Assembly: GCA_016748015.1 (NCBI GenBank)
Contig: JAAOMT010000213.1
Span: 1-64,000, forward strand
Length of the DNA: 64,000 bases
Source: Geosiphon pyriformis uo1
Taxonomy: Eukaryota; Fungi; Glomeromycota
Reading direction: 5' to 3'
Shown: piece by piece, positions 1 to 12,515 of the stretch
Layout: every line of letters starts with the position of its first letter
Position numbering within the stretch: position 1 is the first letter of the stretch
Position numbers and translations under genes: made by a program
Notes under the pieces: model-generated
Told to the model about the DNA's origin: nothing
What the model saw: only the letters and a program-made list of their open reading frames with translations
Database searches by the model: none

Positions 1-3000
1 TTTGGTCGGGTATGTGTGGCTTGTGATTTGGTGATAGGTTTCAACCTCATCTTCATAGTTGAATCCAGCAATTTCAAAAGTGTATGCAATGTATTCAGCT
101 TCCTTCATTTGGCGGACATCTTCTTTTGTGGCTCCATTGCTTAAAGCCATTGCTAGATCAAAGATCATTTCAGCATCATGAGGGTAGTGATAGAGCTTGT
201 TGAGAGCACTGTTGTATGCTGCATCGAATGGAGTTCCTCTTCTGACTTTTTCCGAAATTGATAGGGCATATTGGCAGGTTTGGTCGCATACTCCCCCTCT
301 CATGGATACATCGATCCACTGGCATTCCTCTGGTAATAATTCTCCACAAGTGAGGCAAGGAGTGTTGTCCCATTTTCCACTTCGTTTTGGGCGGCCAAAT
401 CTTTCATTGTGACACACTTTACAGTAGTAATGGGTATGTTCTCCATATGGTTCTTCTGGGTGAATGCAAGCTCCCATGGATGAAAGCTTTTTGTTGCAAT
501 CCTTACATTTGAGTGGGATGTGAGCTCTTCTTTTGGTGGGTTTTTGTTTTGAATACGATTGTATTTCCCATCCGTTGGAAATTGGTTCTGTTTCTTGTTC
601 TGGTGTTTCCAACCAAGTTGCTTGTGGTTCTGGGTTATTGACGAATTGTTGTTCCATTTCATCAGCCCAATTGGATGTTGATCCAAGAGCCATGTAAGTT
701 TCAATAGTTGGTTTTTCTTCTTCCTTTTCAAATTCGAATACTGGGGCTTTTTCTGAGCGTTTGTTGAAAGTACCACAAGTAGCAGGTACTCTGGTGTATT
801 GTCCCTGGTATGAAATTTTGAGTTCCTGGGTCTCCCAATCTAGATTTGCATTGGCTTTGAAAAGCCAATCGTTTCCGACAAGAGCTTGATATTGAGGTGC
901 ATCCATGACCAGAACTTTGACTGGAATAGTGATTCCATCAATTGTGAAAGGGAAATTGTCAATTTCTCCTACTGGGGTCTTTTTCATACCATCAGCAGTG
1001 ACAATAACTGTTTGGGCAGGTCTATCCACATTCCGGTGGAGCTGTTGCATCAGTTGGTAAGTGATGATGTTTCCGGCGGATCCACTGTCTAAGATTAAGC
1101 GGATTTGTTTTCCTTCTACTTCAGCCTCCGTATACATAGCTGTAATTGCTTTTTGTTCATTGACAGCTGCATTGCTAAGCAAGAATGGTGATTCGTTTGC
1201 TTCAAATTCAAATGGGAATATATCTGAAAGGTTGGCGTTTTCGGCAATCTTTGCTGGTGGGATTGTTTGGTTGTTGGTAGAGGGGTTTTGTGTTGGTGCT
1301 GCAACTTCACCTTCAAAAAGTGCAGTTTGTTGAAAATTCTGTTCCTCTGGCATTGTTAAGTAACTTGGTTGTGTTTGGTAATGATTATGTCTCTGTTGAA
1401 TCGGATTTCTGGGTACCAATTGATTGTTGGAGCTAGTTCTGTTGTTGTTGTTTTGAAAACGATTTTGTGGTGTGAATTGATTTTGTTGAGTAATTCTCCT
1501 AGCAGGTACTTGGTATTGTTGAACCGGAGGTGGTTGTTGATATTGTGCAATTGGTGGAGGTTGTTGGTATGGCTGTTGCATTAGTTGGGGAGCGGGTTGA
1601 TAATGGTTGTTCTGGTACTGTGGTCTTGGTGAATAATAAGCTGGTGGTGGTGGAGATTGATAGTACGATTGTTGTGGTTGGGAATAACGTTGATTATTCC
1701 TTTGCTGCTGGTCTCTTTGCAACTTCCTACAATCTCGTTTCTAATGTCCTGGAATTCCACAATAGTGGCAATTCTGGGGTTGACCAATGGGTGCTGATGA
1801 GAAGTTTCCTTGGTTCCGTCATTGGGGTGGTTGATATCTTTGCGATTGTTGCTGCGGTTGTTGTTGATTGGTGAAGTAGTTTTCAACTTTCTTGGTAAGC
1901 TGGTCAATTTTCTCTTCAGCTGCTGAGCTGGTTTCACCAATGGCAAGGTTAACAAGCTTTGTGCGGTTAGCTTCTTCCATAGCCATTTCGTAATTTTTCG
2001 CATGGCGAATGGCAGTAGCTAAATCTTCTGGGTTGTGTGGGCGAACTTTCTTGATCAGTTTGTCCTTTAGTCCAGCAATAAATTGATCCAAAATCTGAGC
2101 GTTGGAGTAATATTCATCAGTTTCCAATTGGCGAATTCTTCTGAGTAGTTTGTTGAACTTTCCAAGGTAGGTCATGACTGATTCTGATGGATCTTGCTTA
2201 ATGTTTCGGAATTGGTTTCGGAGTGTGATAGAGGTGTTGTTGTCGGTGAACTGTTGAAGAAAAGCATCTTTGAATGCTTGCCAGTTTTCAAATGGTCCTT
2301 TCAAATTTTCGAACCATTCTCCGGCCGTTCCTTGGAGAAAGTAAGGAATTGCTTTGAGCATTCTGGCTGCATTCCATCCATTCGCATCTCCTGCTTTNNN
2401 NNNNNNNNNNNNNNNNNCTTGTAAGTAATCAAGAAGGTTGGTGCTAGTTGATATTGGTTCCTGCTGTTGAGTAGGATTCTTTGGTGACTGAAAATCTTCT
2501 ATTCTTGAGAACCGGACAAGTGGTGAATCTGGTGTCTGTGGTTGAGCAAGTGAAGCAGGAAACGGTGTAAGGGATAGTGGTAGTTTGATATTGGTTCTTT
2601 GCTCTGGTGTTTGTAGATGTTTGGCAGTTATCTTTGGAGTTTTTGGAGTATTGGGGGTGGTGCTGAAAAGTTGTTTCTGTTTCGGTTTGCCTTTATTGCT
2701 TGTTTCTGTCTCTGATTCGAAACCTAGAGAAAATTGTTGTGGGACTGGGTATTTTTCTTCACAGTATTGGATGATATTGAAATCAAGTTCTTGAAAGTAG
2801 GTGGCAATTGTTTCACTGTTGAGCTCCTCAGTATTTAGACGAGAATAGTGTAGTAAGTTGTTGTAGAGGTTGCTTTTGACTTCAGTAATGTTGTAGTCTC
2901 CAAGTAGGTAGTTGTTGAATCGGTTTTCGATGTATTGGTATAATGATTTCTTAAATGCCTCAATTCCGTCTTGGATGTTGAATCTTTGCTTGCAGTGAGT

Positions 3001-3051
3001 GTAAATCGACTGGTAGTACTCTAGAGTTGTTATGTCTGAAGCAGACGCCAC
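1..3051 (-). pseudogene. gag-pol: gag-protease polyprotein of Gypsy family 1 (single frame, two premature stops, 20-N gap)
   Basis: Retrotransposon gag core (LQGTAGEWF...FLQQF...QDPSESVMTY...FIAGL). Knuckle CHYCGIPGH*KRDC ~1725-1770. Protease LILDSGSAG ~1075-1100 and LVGNDWL. Frame hand-translated as open from 780 to position 1. Confidence 0.88.
2398..2417. other. assembly gap (20 N)
   Basis: N run. Confidence 1.
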
Positions 3052-3076
3052 TTTGAAGTTGTTGTTGCTGTGTTGT

Positions 3077-3094
3077 TTCCGTGGGAGAGCACCA
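3077..3094 (-). promoter_or_regulatory. tRNA primer-binding site of Gypsy family 1 (TGGTGCTCTCCCACGG)
   Basis: Lies 2 nt inside the LTR end. The + strand reads CCGTG GGAGAGC A CCA, i.e. T-stem 3' strand, acceptor strand, discriminator and CCA. tRNA identity not determined. Confidence 0.85.
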
Positions 3095-3096
3095 AA

Positions 3097-4047
3097 TGTT
3101 ACCGAAGGTTTTTGGTCTCTTTTCTTAAATGTTGTTGATGCTTGTTTGCTGTGAATTCACGTTTTTCTGGATGTGGTTGAACCTCCAGTAACTGAATTTA
3201 TCTTCAAATTATCTCCTATAATTTGAACCGCTGGGCTTATAAGTGGAATGGCCAATTCCGTGCCAGTTACTTTATGTAGTTACGTTGTAGTAAACGTCAA
3301 CTCTTTCCTAGGAATTGCTCGTCTGGAAGCTCACTAAAAAATGTGTAGTTACTTTGCTGTGAAAGTCAACTCTTCTACAGGAATCTCGTCTGTAGGCTAC
3401 CCAAATGATTATGATAAGAAAAGAAAGAGAAAAATAAAAGAAACGTAAAGAAATAGAATTTTGTCAAGGAAACGTTTTCTATCCAGGCCTGGAGTCACTA
3501 ACAGATTACTGAAATTGGTAGCTAATCAATTTCAAAATGTTAGTTGTGTTGAGAGAATTTCAAGTGTAATAATCAAAGGATTTGGTTTTCGAATATTTAA
3601 TTTTTATTTGAGATATGTAAAAAGTGATTTGTTCTAATTAAGATACCTAAAGTAAGATACTATGGTAAGATATGAGAAGATACATTTTCTTGAAGAGAGA
3701 AGCTCTTCTTTTATACAACTTGTTGTAGTACTAGTCTTTGAACTTGCACTTTTTCTCTTTTCTAGAATTTCGGTGAACTAAAGATACATTTCGGCAAACT
3801 ATGAATTATTTCGGCCAATTTCCATTAATTTCGGCGAATTTTTGCTATGTTATATGGTTCAGGGTATTGTGTAAATTGATCATCTCAATTTCTATGGTCC
3901 AAATCGGGTTATTGATTAAATGATGATAATTGCTAATTTGATTAAATAATAAGTGAAATTCGAAACGATAATAATATATGCTAATTAATGATAGGAATTA
4001 TAAAGGAAATTTCATGCTAATTAATAGCTAAAATTCTACTGGTAACA
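3097..4047 (-). repeat. 5' LTR of Gypsy family 1 (951 bp)
   Basis: Perfect 7-bp terminal inverted repeat TGTTACC/GGTAACA. TATA-like GTATAAAA near 3709-3716 on the minus strand. PBS abuts it. Confidence 0.85.
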
Positions 4048-7000
4048 TCGTCCATAGAGCAGATAAAAGAGTTCATAACTTGTTATATCATGATTCACAA
4101 TTTTGTAGGCAAACAAAGCTGAAGGCAATACTTTGTCTCATAGATTGGTTTCTTCACTGGTTTTGGCTAGGGTTTCACATAGTGTTCTATTGAAATGTTC
4201 CACTAGGCCATTTGTTTGGAAGTGATAAGGAGAAGAGAGTTTATGATGTATTCCCATTTTTCTGCAAAGTTCTTCAACCAGTGTATTGAGAAAAGCTCTT
4301 CCTCTGTCAGATAAAAGTTCTTTGGGGCAACCATGGCGACAAATGATATCTTCATAAATGAAATTGGCAATTGAGACTACTGTTTGATCTGGGGTGGCTC
4401 TTGCTTCTATCCACTTTGTAAGATAGTCGGTAGTTGTGATAATGTATCTGTTGCCATTAGGAATTACTGTTAAAAGTCCAACAACATCTATACCAATTCT
4501 GTCAAATGGTTGACCAACAGAGATTGGATGGATATCTTTCTTGTGATTGGGTTTTCCTCTTTTTTGGCAGATATTACAGGTTTTAATGTATTCAGCAATG
4601 TTTTTTCCCAAGGTAGGCCAATAATAGCGAGCTAAAGTTTTCTGAATTGTTTTTGTTTTTCCAAAGTGTCCAGCTAATGGATCAGTGTGCATATTGTAGA
4701 TCATGATTTCTTTTTCATCAAATCTAATGACTCTTTGGGGGTGGTCAGGATCTTTTTTATTTCTTTTATATAACTGGTTCTGGCAAATCAAATAGAAATT
4801 TGATTGTTTGCGCAAATGTTCTCTTTGCTGTCAAGTATAGTTTGGTGGGTATTGTCCTTTACCCAAAAATTCCATTAAGGCAGAGTAGTTGTCCAAGTCC
4901 ATTATTGTGTTTGTTTGTGGAGGAGTTACAAATAATTAAGTTGGTTTGATTTGAGGGGGTTTTATTATCACTAGATGGTAAATTTGGAGAGAGCATCGGC
5001 GTTTTGATGATTAGCTTCTTTGCGGTGTTGAATATCATAGTCGAATTCATCCAAGTGGAGTATTCAGCGAGTTATCCATTTATGTTTCAGGTTTCTTTTG
5101 TTGCATAGCCAAACCAAAGCTTAGTGATCTGTTACCACCAAAAATTTTACACCCTTAAGATATTTGTCCCAGTAGCTGGTAGCCCAAACTACTGCTAAGC
5201 ATTCTTGCTCAGTAACTGAGTAGTTTCTTTCTGCTGATGTGAGAGTTCTACTGGCATATACTATGGCGTGTTTTCTGTTATTTTCATCTTTCTGGGAAAG
5301 AACAGCACCAAGTTCATAGTCAGATGTATCAGTGTGGAAGATAAAAGATCGATCCAGATTAGGTTGCATGAGGATGGGTTCTGTAACCAGTTTTTCCTTC
5401 AGAATTTCAAATGCTTTTTGTTGATGAGTGCCCCAGTAATAATTGATGTTTTTTCTAAGTAGTTGATTAAAAGAAGCAGCAATTTTGGAGAAATCCTTGA
5501 CAAACTTGCAATAATAAGAGGCCAAACCAAGAAAAGAGCATAGTTCATAAACATTCATTGGTTGTCTAATGTTTTGAACTTTTTCAATTTTGGCTGGATC
5601 AGGGAAGATTCTATCTTTTGTAATAAGGTGGCCAAGGAACTGGGTGGATTGATGTCCAAAGAATAATTTGATTGAATTGATCTTAAGGCCAGCATTTCTA
5701 AGGAGGTCAAAAACCTTTTGCAAATGTTTAAGGTGTTCATCCCAGGTTTTTGAGTATACCATTATGTCGTCCAAGTAGACTAGAACAAAGTTTTCTTTTA
5801 CTGATTCAAATACTTTGTCCATTAAGCGTTAAAAGGTGGGAGGAGCATTTGTGAGACCAAAAGACATGACTGTAAATTTGTAGGTGTCATACTTGGTGAT
5901 GAAGGCAGTTTTCTTTCTGCTTTCTGGATCCATCTCTACTTGCCAGAATCCAGCAGTTAAGTCAATGGTTGAGAAGAAAGTGGCACTATGGAATTGGTCT
6001 AGCATTGCATCAATCTTGGAAAGTAGGTACATGTCTCTTTCAGTAATGGCATTTAATTGGCGATAGTCAACACAAAAGTGTAGAGTTTCTCCTTTCTTGG
6101 ATACCACTACAACTGGGAATGCCCATTCACTCTTGGTTTCCTGTATGAATCCAAGGTTTTTCATTTGGGTTATTTCCTTTTTAATAAACTCATTATTGTG
6201 CCAGTTGGATTGATAGGGCTTCAAATGGATGGGACGAGTTTCTCTGGTGATGATGGTGTGTTGTATCACATGTGTACGTCCAGGAGGTTCACCTTCTTTT
6301 GAGACAACTGGGCTGTTTCTAGCCAGCAGATTTTCAATGTCTATCTTTCTTTTTTCTGGAGAGAGTTCTCTTTGTTCTACAACCAGTGATTGGATTTCAG
6401 GTGATTTGTTTTCAAAGGACTTTTGGACTTCTTTTATTTCCTCACAGGGTATCAAGCTGATTGGTTCCCAATCTTTGTAATAGATTAGGCAGAACATGCA
6501 TTCATTGCTAGGAGAATACAATGGTTTGTCACACCTGCACCGAGCACAAGGATTATGCCACCAATAACTGTATTTGGCTTTCTTGCCTGGCTTTCTGTCA
6601 AAGGTTCTTCTGAGCATGTCATAATAAGGCCAGCAGATTAGCTTGCCATTGACAATGATTCCTTTTTTATCTGCCTTGACATTATCCAGTGGTTTGCCAT
6701 TGCTGGTGAAGATGGTATAGGTGAGTTCAGCAGTTTCTTCTTGTTCTTCTTCTTCCTCACTTTCTTCATCATCTGATTCATCTAATCTATTTTCTTTTGG
6801 GCTCTGCTTGGGTACTGGGAGAGTTGTCCAATGGCGACACTTAACCACAATGGGTTTCTCACCACATCTGATGTTTAGTTCACAGAGTTCATAATCAAGC
6901 AAAGCTTTTGCTTTCTTGAGCCATTTATTGCCAACAATGATGGTGTATTCTTTCACTTCAAATACTTCCATATCAGTTTCAATGCTGATGCCATTAATGT

Positions 7001-7147
7001 GGACAGGAATAGCTTTGGCTATGCCAAGCCCTTTTTTCTTATCACCATGCACATTGGTCATTGGTCGTGTGGATGGTTCATCAATTTTTCTGCCAATTGC
7101 TTCAAAAAAGTGTTTAGCAATAATACTAACAGATAATCCACTGTTTA
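4048..7147 (-). pseudogene. pol: Gypsy family 2 pol fragment (PR-RT-RH-IN) with stops
   Basis: RT (FSTIDLTAGFWQV, FGLTNAPPTF, YLDDIM), RNase H (HTDTS...QECLAVVW...VTDH) and integrase (H-x5-H...CNICQ, GIDVVG, LLSDRG, QTNGLVEHFN). Confidence 0.92.
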
Positions 7148-7166
7148 AGATGTGTATAAGAGACAG
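7148..7166 (+). other. Tn5 mosaic end / Nextera adapter AGATGTGTATAAGAGACAG (library artefact at a chimeric junction)
   Basis: Exact 19/19 match to the Tn5 mosaic end. It sits precisely between a Gypsy protease region and an LTR lacking its terminal ~45 bp. Confidence 0.95.
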
Positions 7167-7847
7167 GTATTGTATGGTGATGAAAATAAACAAAGAGGGA
7201 ATTACAATAAGGGAGCGAATTGAATAAGTAGGAATTCAATGTGCGTAATCAGTTTCATAAAAATCACAGTCGCTAATCTTTTCTTAAATCTGAAGGTAGA
7301 GGAATAGTCCGTGATTGTCAACAAGATAACACCACTACTATTATTCTATGCCTCAACTTGGCAATTCTTAGAATCAATAACAGGTATTGTTGTGCTTTTC
7401 AATCATTTTTTTATTCAATAAATTACAAGAGCAAGCCAATTACTTCTCAGGCTAATTCTAACAAACACAAATCAAGAAGGGGAAAAGATAAGGTATGTGA
7501 ATGCCAACAAGTAAATACTTGAAGGTAAGGAAAGGGGAATAAGCGATTATAAGAGGAAGTAATTGATATTGTTTATTTTGTTACTTTGATCATGTCATTC
7601 TACAGCTAAAGGAATCATCACTTATATAGCTATCTAAAGTGGTCAACGACCAGGTCAACAATCAAGTCAATAATCAGGTCAACAATTAGGTCAACAATCA
7701 GGTCATTGATCAGGTCAATGATCAGGTCAACGGTCAGGTCATTGATTAGGTCAATGATCACTATCTAAAAATAAGGTGGCTAATTATATGACATCAGTGG
7801 CTAATACATGTGATAACTAATAAAAACTATGGGTTTCAACCATAACA
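7167..7847 (-). repeat. Gypsy family 2 LTR (subfamily A'), truncated at the adapter
   Basis: Near-identical to 48583-49202. Ends ...caaccataaca and interrupts the integrase of the 7848-13204 copy. Confidence 0.9.
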
Positions 7848-10800
7848 ATATACTCAGCAATGTCTTTTCCCAAGGTAGGCCAATAATAGCGAGTTAGAGT
7901 TTTCTGAATTGTTTTTGTTTTTCCAAAGTGTTCAGCTAATGGATCAGTGTGCATGTTATAGATCACAATTTTTCTTTCTTCAAATCTTATAACTCTCTGG
8001 GGGTGGTCAGGATCTTTTCTGTTTCTTTTGTATAGTTGGTTCTGGCAGATTAAATAGAAATTTGATTGTTTGCGCAAATGTTCTCTTTGCTGTCAATTGT
8101 ATTTCAGTGAGTATTGTTCTTTACCCAAAAATTTCATTAAGGTAGAGTAGTTGTCCAAGTCCATTATCGTGTTTGGTTGTGAGAGAATTACTAATAATTA
8201 GGTTGGTTTGGTTTGAGATAGTTGTATTGTCACTGGATGGTAAGTCTAGAGAGAGCATCAGTGTTTTGATGATATGCTTCTTTGTGATGTTAAATGTCAT
8301 AATCGAATTCATTCAAGTGGAGTATTCAGTGAGTTATTCTTTTATGTTCCAGCTTCTTTTTGTTGTGTAACCAAACCAAAGCTTGGTGATCTGTTACCAC
8401 CAAAAACTTTACTCTTAGAAGATACTTATCCCAATAACTGGTAACCCAAACTATTGCTAAGCATTCCTGCTCAGTAACTGAATAGTTCTGTTCTGCTAGT
8501 GTAAGGATTCTACTGGCATATGCTATTGCATGTTTTCTGCCATCTTCATCTTTTTGTGACAGAACAGCACCAAGTCCATAACCAAATGCATCAGTATGAA
8601 GGATAAAAAGTTGATCCAGATCAGGTTGCTTGAAAATAGGTTCTGTAACCAATTTTTCTTTGAGAGTTTCAAATGCTTTCTGCTGATATGTACCCCAGTA
8701 GTAATTAATATTTTTCCTAAGTAGCTGATTGAATGGAGAGACAATTTTGGAAAAATCCTTGACAAATTTCTGATAATAAGAAGCCAAACCAAAGAAAAAG
8801 TGCAGTTCATGAACATTCATTGGTTGTCTAATGTTTTGGACTTTTTCAATCTTGGCTGGGTCAGAAAAGATTCCATTCTTTGTAATAAGATGGCCAAGAA
8901 ATTGGGTTGATTACTGTCTAAAGAAAGATTTGATTGGGTTTATCTTAAGGCCAGCATTTCTAAGGAGGTCAAAAACCTTTTGCAAATGTTCAAGATGTTT
9001 ATCCCAGGTTTTTGAGTACACTATTATGTTATTCAAATAAACCAGAACAAAATTTTTTTTCACTGATTCAAATACTTTGTCCATTAAGCATTGAAAGGTG
9101 GGAGGAGCATTGGTGAGACCAAAAGGCATGACTGTAAATTCATAGGTGCCATACTTGGTTATGAAGGTGGTTTTCTTCCAACTTTCTAGATTCATCTCTA
9201 CTTGTCAAAATCCAGCAGTTAGATCAATGGTTGAGAAGAAAGCAGCACCCTTAAATTGATTTAGCATTGCATCAATTTTGGGAAGTAGGTACATGTCTCT
9301 TTTAGTAATGACATTTAATTGGCAATAATCGACACAGAAGTGCAGAGTTCCACCTTTTTTGGATACCACTACAACTGGGAAAGCCTATTCACTCTTGGTT
9401 TTTTGTATGAATCCAAAATCTTTCATTCATTTTATTTCTTTCTTGATGAATTCATTATTGTGATGATTGAATTGATATGGCTTTAGATAGATGGGACGAG
9501 TTTCTCTGGTGGTGATAGTGTGTTGTATTACATGAGTTTGTTCAGGAGTATCACTTTCTTTTGAAATAACTGGGCTGTTTCTAGCCAGCAGATTTTCAAT
9601 GTCTATTTTTCTTTCTTCTGGAGAGGGTTCTCTTTGTTCTATAACTAGTGATTGAATCTTAAGTGGTTCATTTTCAAAGGACTTTTGAACTTCTTTCAAT
9701 TCTTCTCTAGGTATCAAACTGATTGGTTCTCAATCTTTGTAATATATCAGGCATGATTTGTATTCATCACTTGAAGAATACAAGGGTTGGTTGCACCAGC
9801 ATCAGGCACAAGAACCATGCCACCAATAATGGTACTTGGCTTTTTTGCCAGGTTTTTGGTCAAAGGTTCTTCTAAGAATATCATAGTAGGGCCAGCAGAT
9901 CAGCCTACCATTCACAATAATTCCTTCTTTGTTAGCTTTGACATTGTCTAGTGGCTTGCCATTGCTGGTGAAGGTAGTATATGCGAGTTTAGTGGTTTCT
10001 TCTTGTTCCTCTTGTTCTTCTTTTTCATCACTCTTTTTATCATCTAATTTATCTGATTGTTTTTTTTCTTGATTCTGTTTGTTTGCTGGGGGAGTTGTCC
10101 AATGGCAGCATTTAATTACTATGGGCTTCTCACCACATCTGATGGTTAATTCACACAGTTTATAGTCGAGTAAGGCTTTTGCTTTCTTGAGTCACTAATT
10201 GTCAACAATGATGGTATATTTCTTTGTTTTAGAAACCTCCATATTAGTTTTAATGCTGATGTCATTGATGTGGACAGGAATAGCTTTGGCAATACCAAGA
10301 CTTTTTTTTTATTGTTATGTATATTAGTCATAGGTCTGGTGGAAGGTTCATCAATTTTTCTGCCAATTGCTTCTAAGAAATGTTTGGCAATGACACTCAC
10401 AGATGATCCACTGTTTAGGATCAAGTCAATGAAATAACCAGCCACTTGGGCTTTGCAAATTAAAGAGGTAATGTTGCTGTTGTCAGTAAGTTCAGCTTGA
10501 CAAAAGCATTTGTTGGTTTTTGGTATTTTCTTCTTGAGAATCAGAGATTTGTGGAGATTTTTTTTAAACTGTGGATGGATTATTAGTTGGCCAAAGGTAA
10601 TATGTGCTGGAGTTTTCATGAGATCTTTAACAACAGAATAAGATCCAGATTTTTGTACTATTTCTGGGGGTTTTAGCTTTGGAGGATTCTTAAAAACTTT
10701 AGCCTTTGGTGGCTTATTATTATCAGCAGTTGATGTAGATGGTTTGTTTGGATCCAAAACAAAATCAACTTTGGCTTTTTTCTTCTTTCTTGTTGATTCT

Positions 10801-12490
10801 GTGGTGTTAATTGCTAGTTTATTCATGTTATGGTCATCATCAGTTAAGTTAAAAGTGTAAAAGAGATTTTCTTCTGGTTGGCTTGCACTCTCACTCTTTG
10901 GAGGTGCACCTACCAGTTTAAAGACTGATAAACAGTGGCTTCAACTAGGAGATCCTCTCCAAAAAAATTGATATTGGCATGATTAGGTCTTTGATTGGGG
11001 GCATTGTTGTTAATGATTCTGTTGTTTTGGTTATTATTGATTCTGGGAGCTGAAGAGGGTAAGGGAAGATTGTTGCAATCTCTTGAAAAATGTCCAGTTA
11101 ATCCACAGCAATAGCACACAGGTGGACCACAATTTTGTTGTCTTTGATAAGGTGGTTGCTGAGGTTGATTGAAGCATGGCTCAAATCTGGGTCTTTGGAG
11201 TTGCTGGTTATCTCTGACTGCTTGGGCTAATGGTTCTAATAGCCAAGCAAGATTTGCTGTAAGTTTATCTATCAACTGTTTATTTGGGTCTTGAGTTTGG
11301 GCAGTAAAAGAAGTAGCAGCCATTTGGGGAGCAGAAGCCATAACAGGAGCAGGAGCAAAAACTAGAAGTGTGGATCCCAAGTGCATTCTTTGGTTGTCTT
11401 CAATTCTTTGGACAAGTTCAATGGCCATGTTTATTGTAGGATTATCTTTTAGAGCCAAGAGAGGCCAAAAAGCATAGAATAAGTTAGTTTTCAATCCTTT
11501 TGTAAAAGAATGAATCTTTTGTTTTTCTGTCCAGTTTCTTTTAGAGTCTACTCGTTTGATTAACTTTCTGATTGCTTTGGCATATTCAGTTACTACTTTT
11601 CTTAGACTTTAAGTTTTTTTTTCCAATTCTATGCACTATTTGGATATCAAGATTAGGATTCTGAACTTGTTTTCAAACTGGGTTGTGAAAGAAGTGTTGT
11701 TTTCTCTAGCATTTGCTGGCATCTATCTAATAATTCTTTGATGGGCATTGGCATCAGTTTCCTGTGAGAACCAGGTGGCAGGGGAGTCTTGAAGATAGCC
11801 ACCAACAATTTGAAACTTGTACTCATCATTGTATTGGTTAGCTGTAGCAGCTTTCTCAAAGTCATCCAACCATTTAATTGGATCTTGTGCATCACTTCTA
11901 AATAATGGTAGTGAAGTGTTGTTTCTTCATCCCAAGGCAGTTTGTATACCTTGGAGGGCAGCCAGGATGTTTGCTTTTATTGGATTTTGGGCCATTGGTT
12001 CAGGAGTTACTGTTTGTGTAGAGTGCTCTAATTCACTTGAAAAAATATCAAAAATAGAGGCAGTTTGGTAACTTTTTTCTTCTGTTTCAAAGGGATTTTC
12101 AGCTAGTTGGTGAGCAGCAATCCAAATATGGATTTAATGATTCAGATATTCGAAATCAGGGGGCTGTTGTTCAAAGGTTGTGAAGTATAAGAGCTGATTG
12201 ATGCTGGTATTTCTTTCTTCAAAATTGTTTTCAAAATAAGCTTGATCAAAGTAATAGATAGTATAAGCTGTGTAGATTTCAGCTGAATGCTTGTTCAGAA
12301 ACCAGTTCCAAAAGTCTTGGAATTGTCTACTGGATTGTTCTTCAACAGGGAAACAGATCAAGCAGGAGGGCAGAGAATTGAGTTCAATAAACTCTAGGTT
12401 ATTTCTGTTGTATGCTGCCAAGTGTTCTTCTGATTGCTGTGACAAGTATGAATAATCACCCATACAATGAGGAAATAAGTGAATTTTTAT

Positions 12491-12510
12491 AACCTCACAG
12501 AGAACACTAC
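12491..12510 (-). promoter_or_regulatory. primer-binding site, probably elongator tRNA-Met
   Basis: The + strand AACCTCACAGAGAACACTA equals ...CTCAC AGAGAGC A CCA with two transition changes. CTCAC is a T-stem seen in eukaryotic tRNA-Met(e). About 6 nt from the LTR end. Confidence 0.7.
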
Positions 12511-12515
12511 TTTTA

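Larger units (their letters stand above)
1..4047 (-). mobile_element. Ty3/Gypsy family 1, young copy (5' LTR, PBS, gag, protease; runs off left edge), inserted in the integrase of a family-2 Gypsy
   Basis: LTR 3097-4047 with TGTTACC...GGTAACA termini and an adjacent PBS. Gag and LDSG protease lie in one frame. Sequence from 4048 resumes as family-2 integrase (matches ~59270). Many CpGs are retained. Confidence 0.9.

Noticed and set aside
3511-3545. LTR boundary at 3538 with a self-priming hairpin (GAAATTG...CAATTTC)
   Set aside because: A better boundary at 3097 gives a perfect 7-bp terminal repeat and a canonical TGG PBS.
7148-7166. Genuine Tn5/IS50 insertion or horizontal transfer
   Set aside because: The mosaic end is a synthetic sequence. 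It is single here, with no transposase and no 9-bp TSD.
7636-7760. CRISPR-like array
   Set aside because: These are 12-bp tandem units without spacers, inside LTRs, in eukaryotic context.
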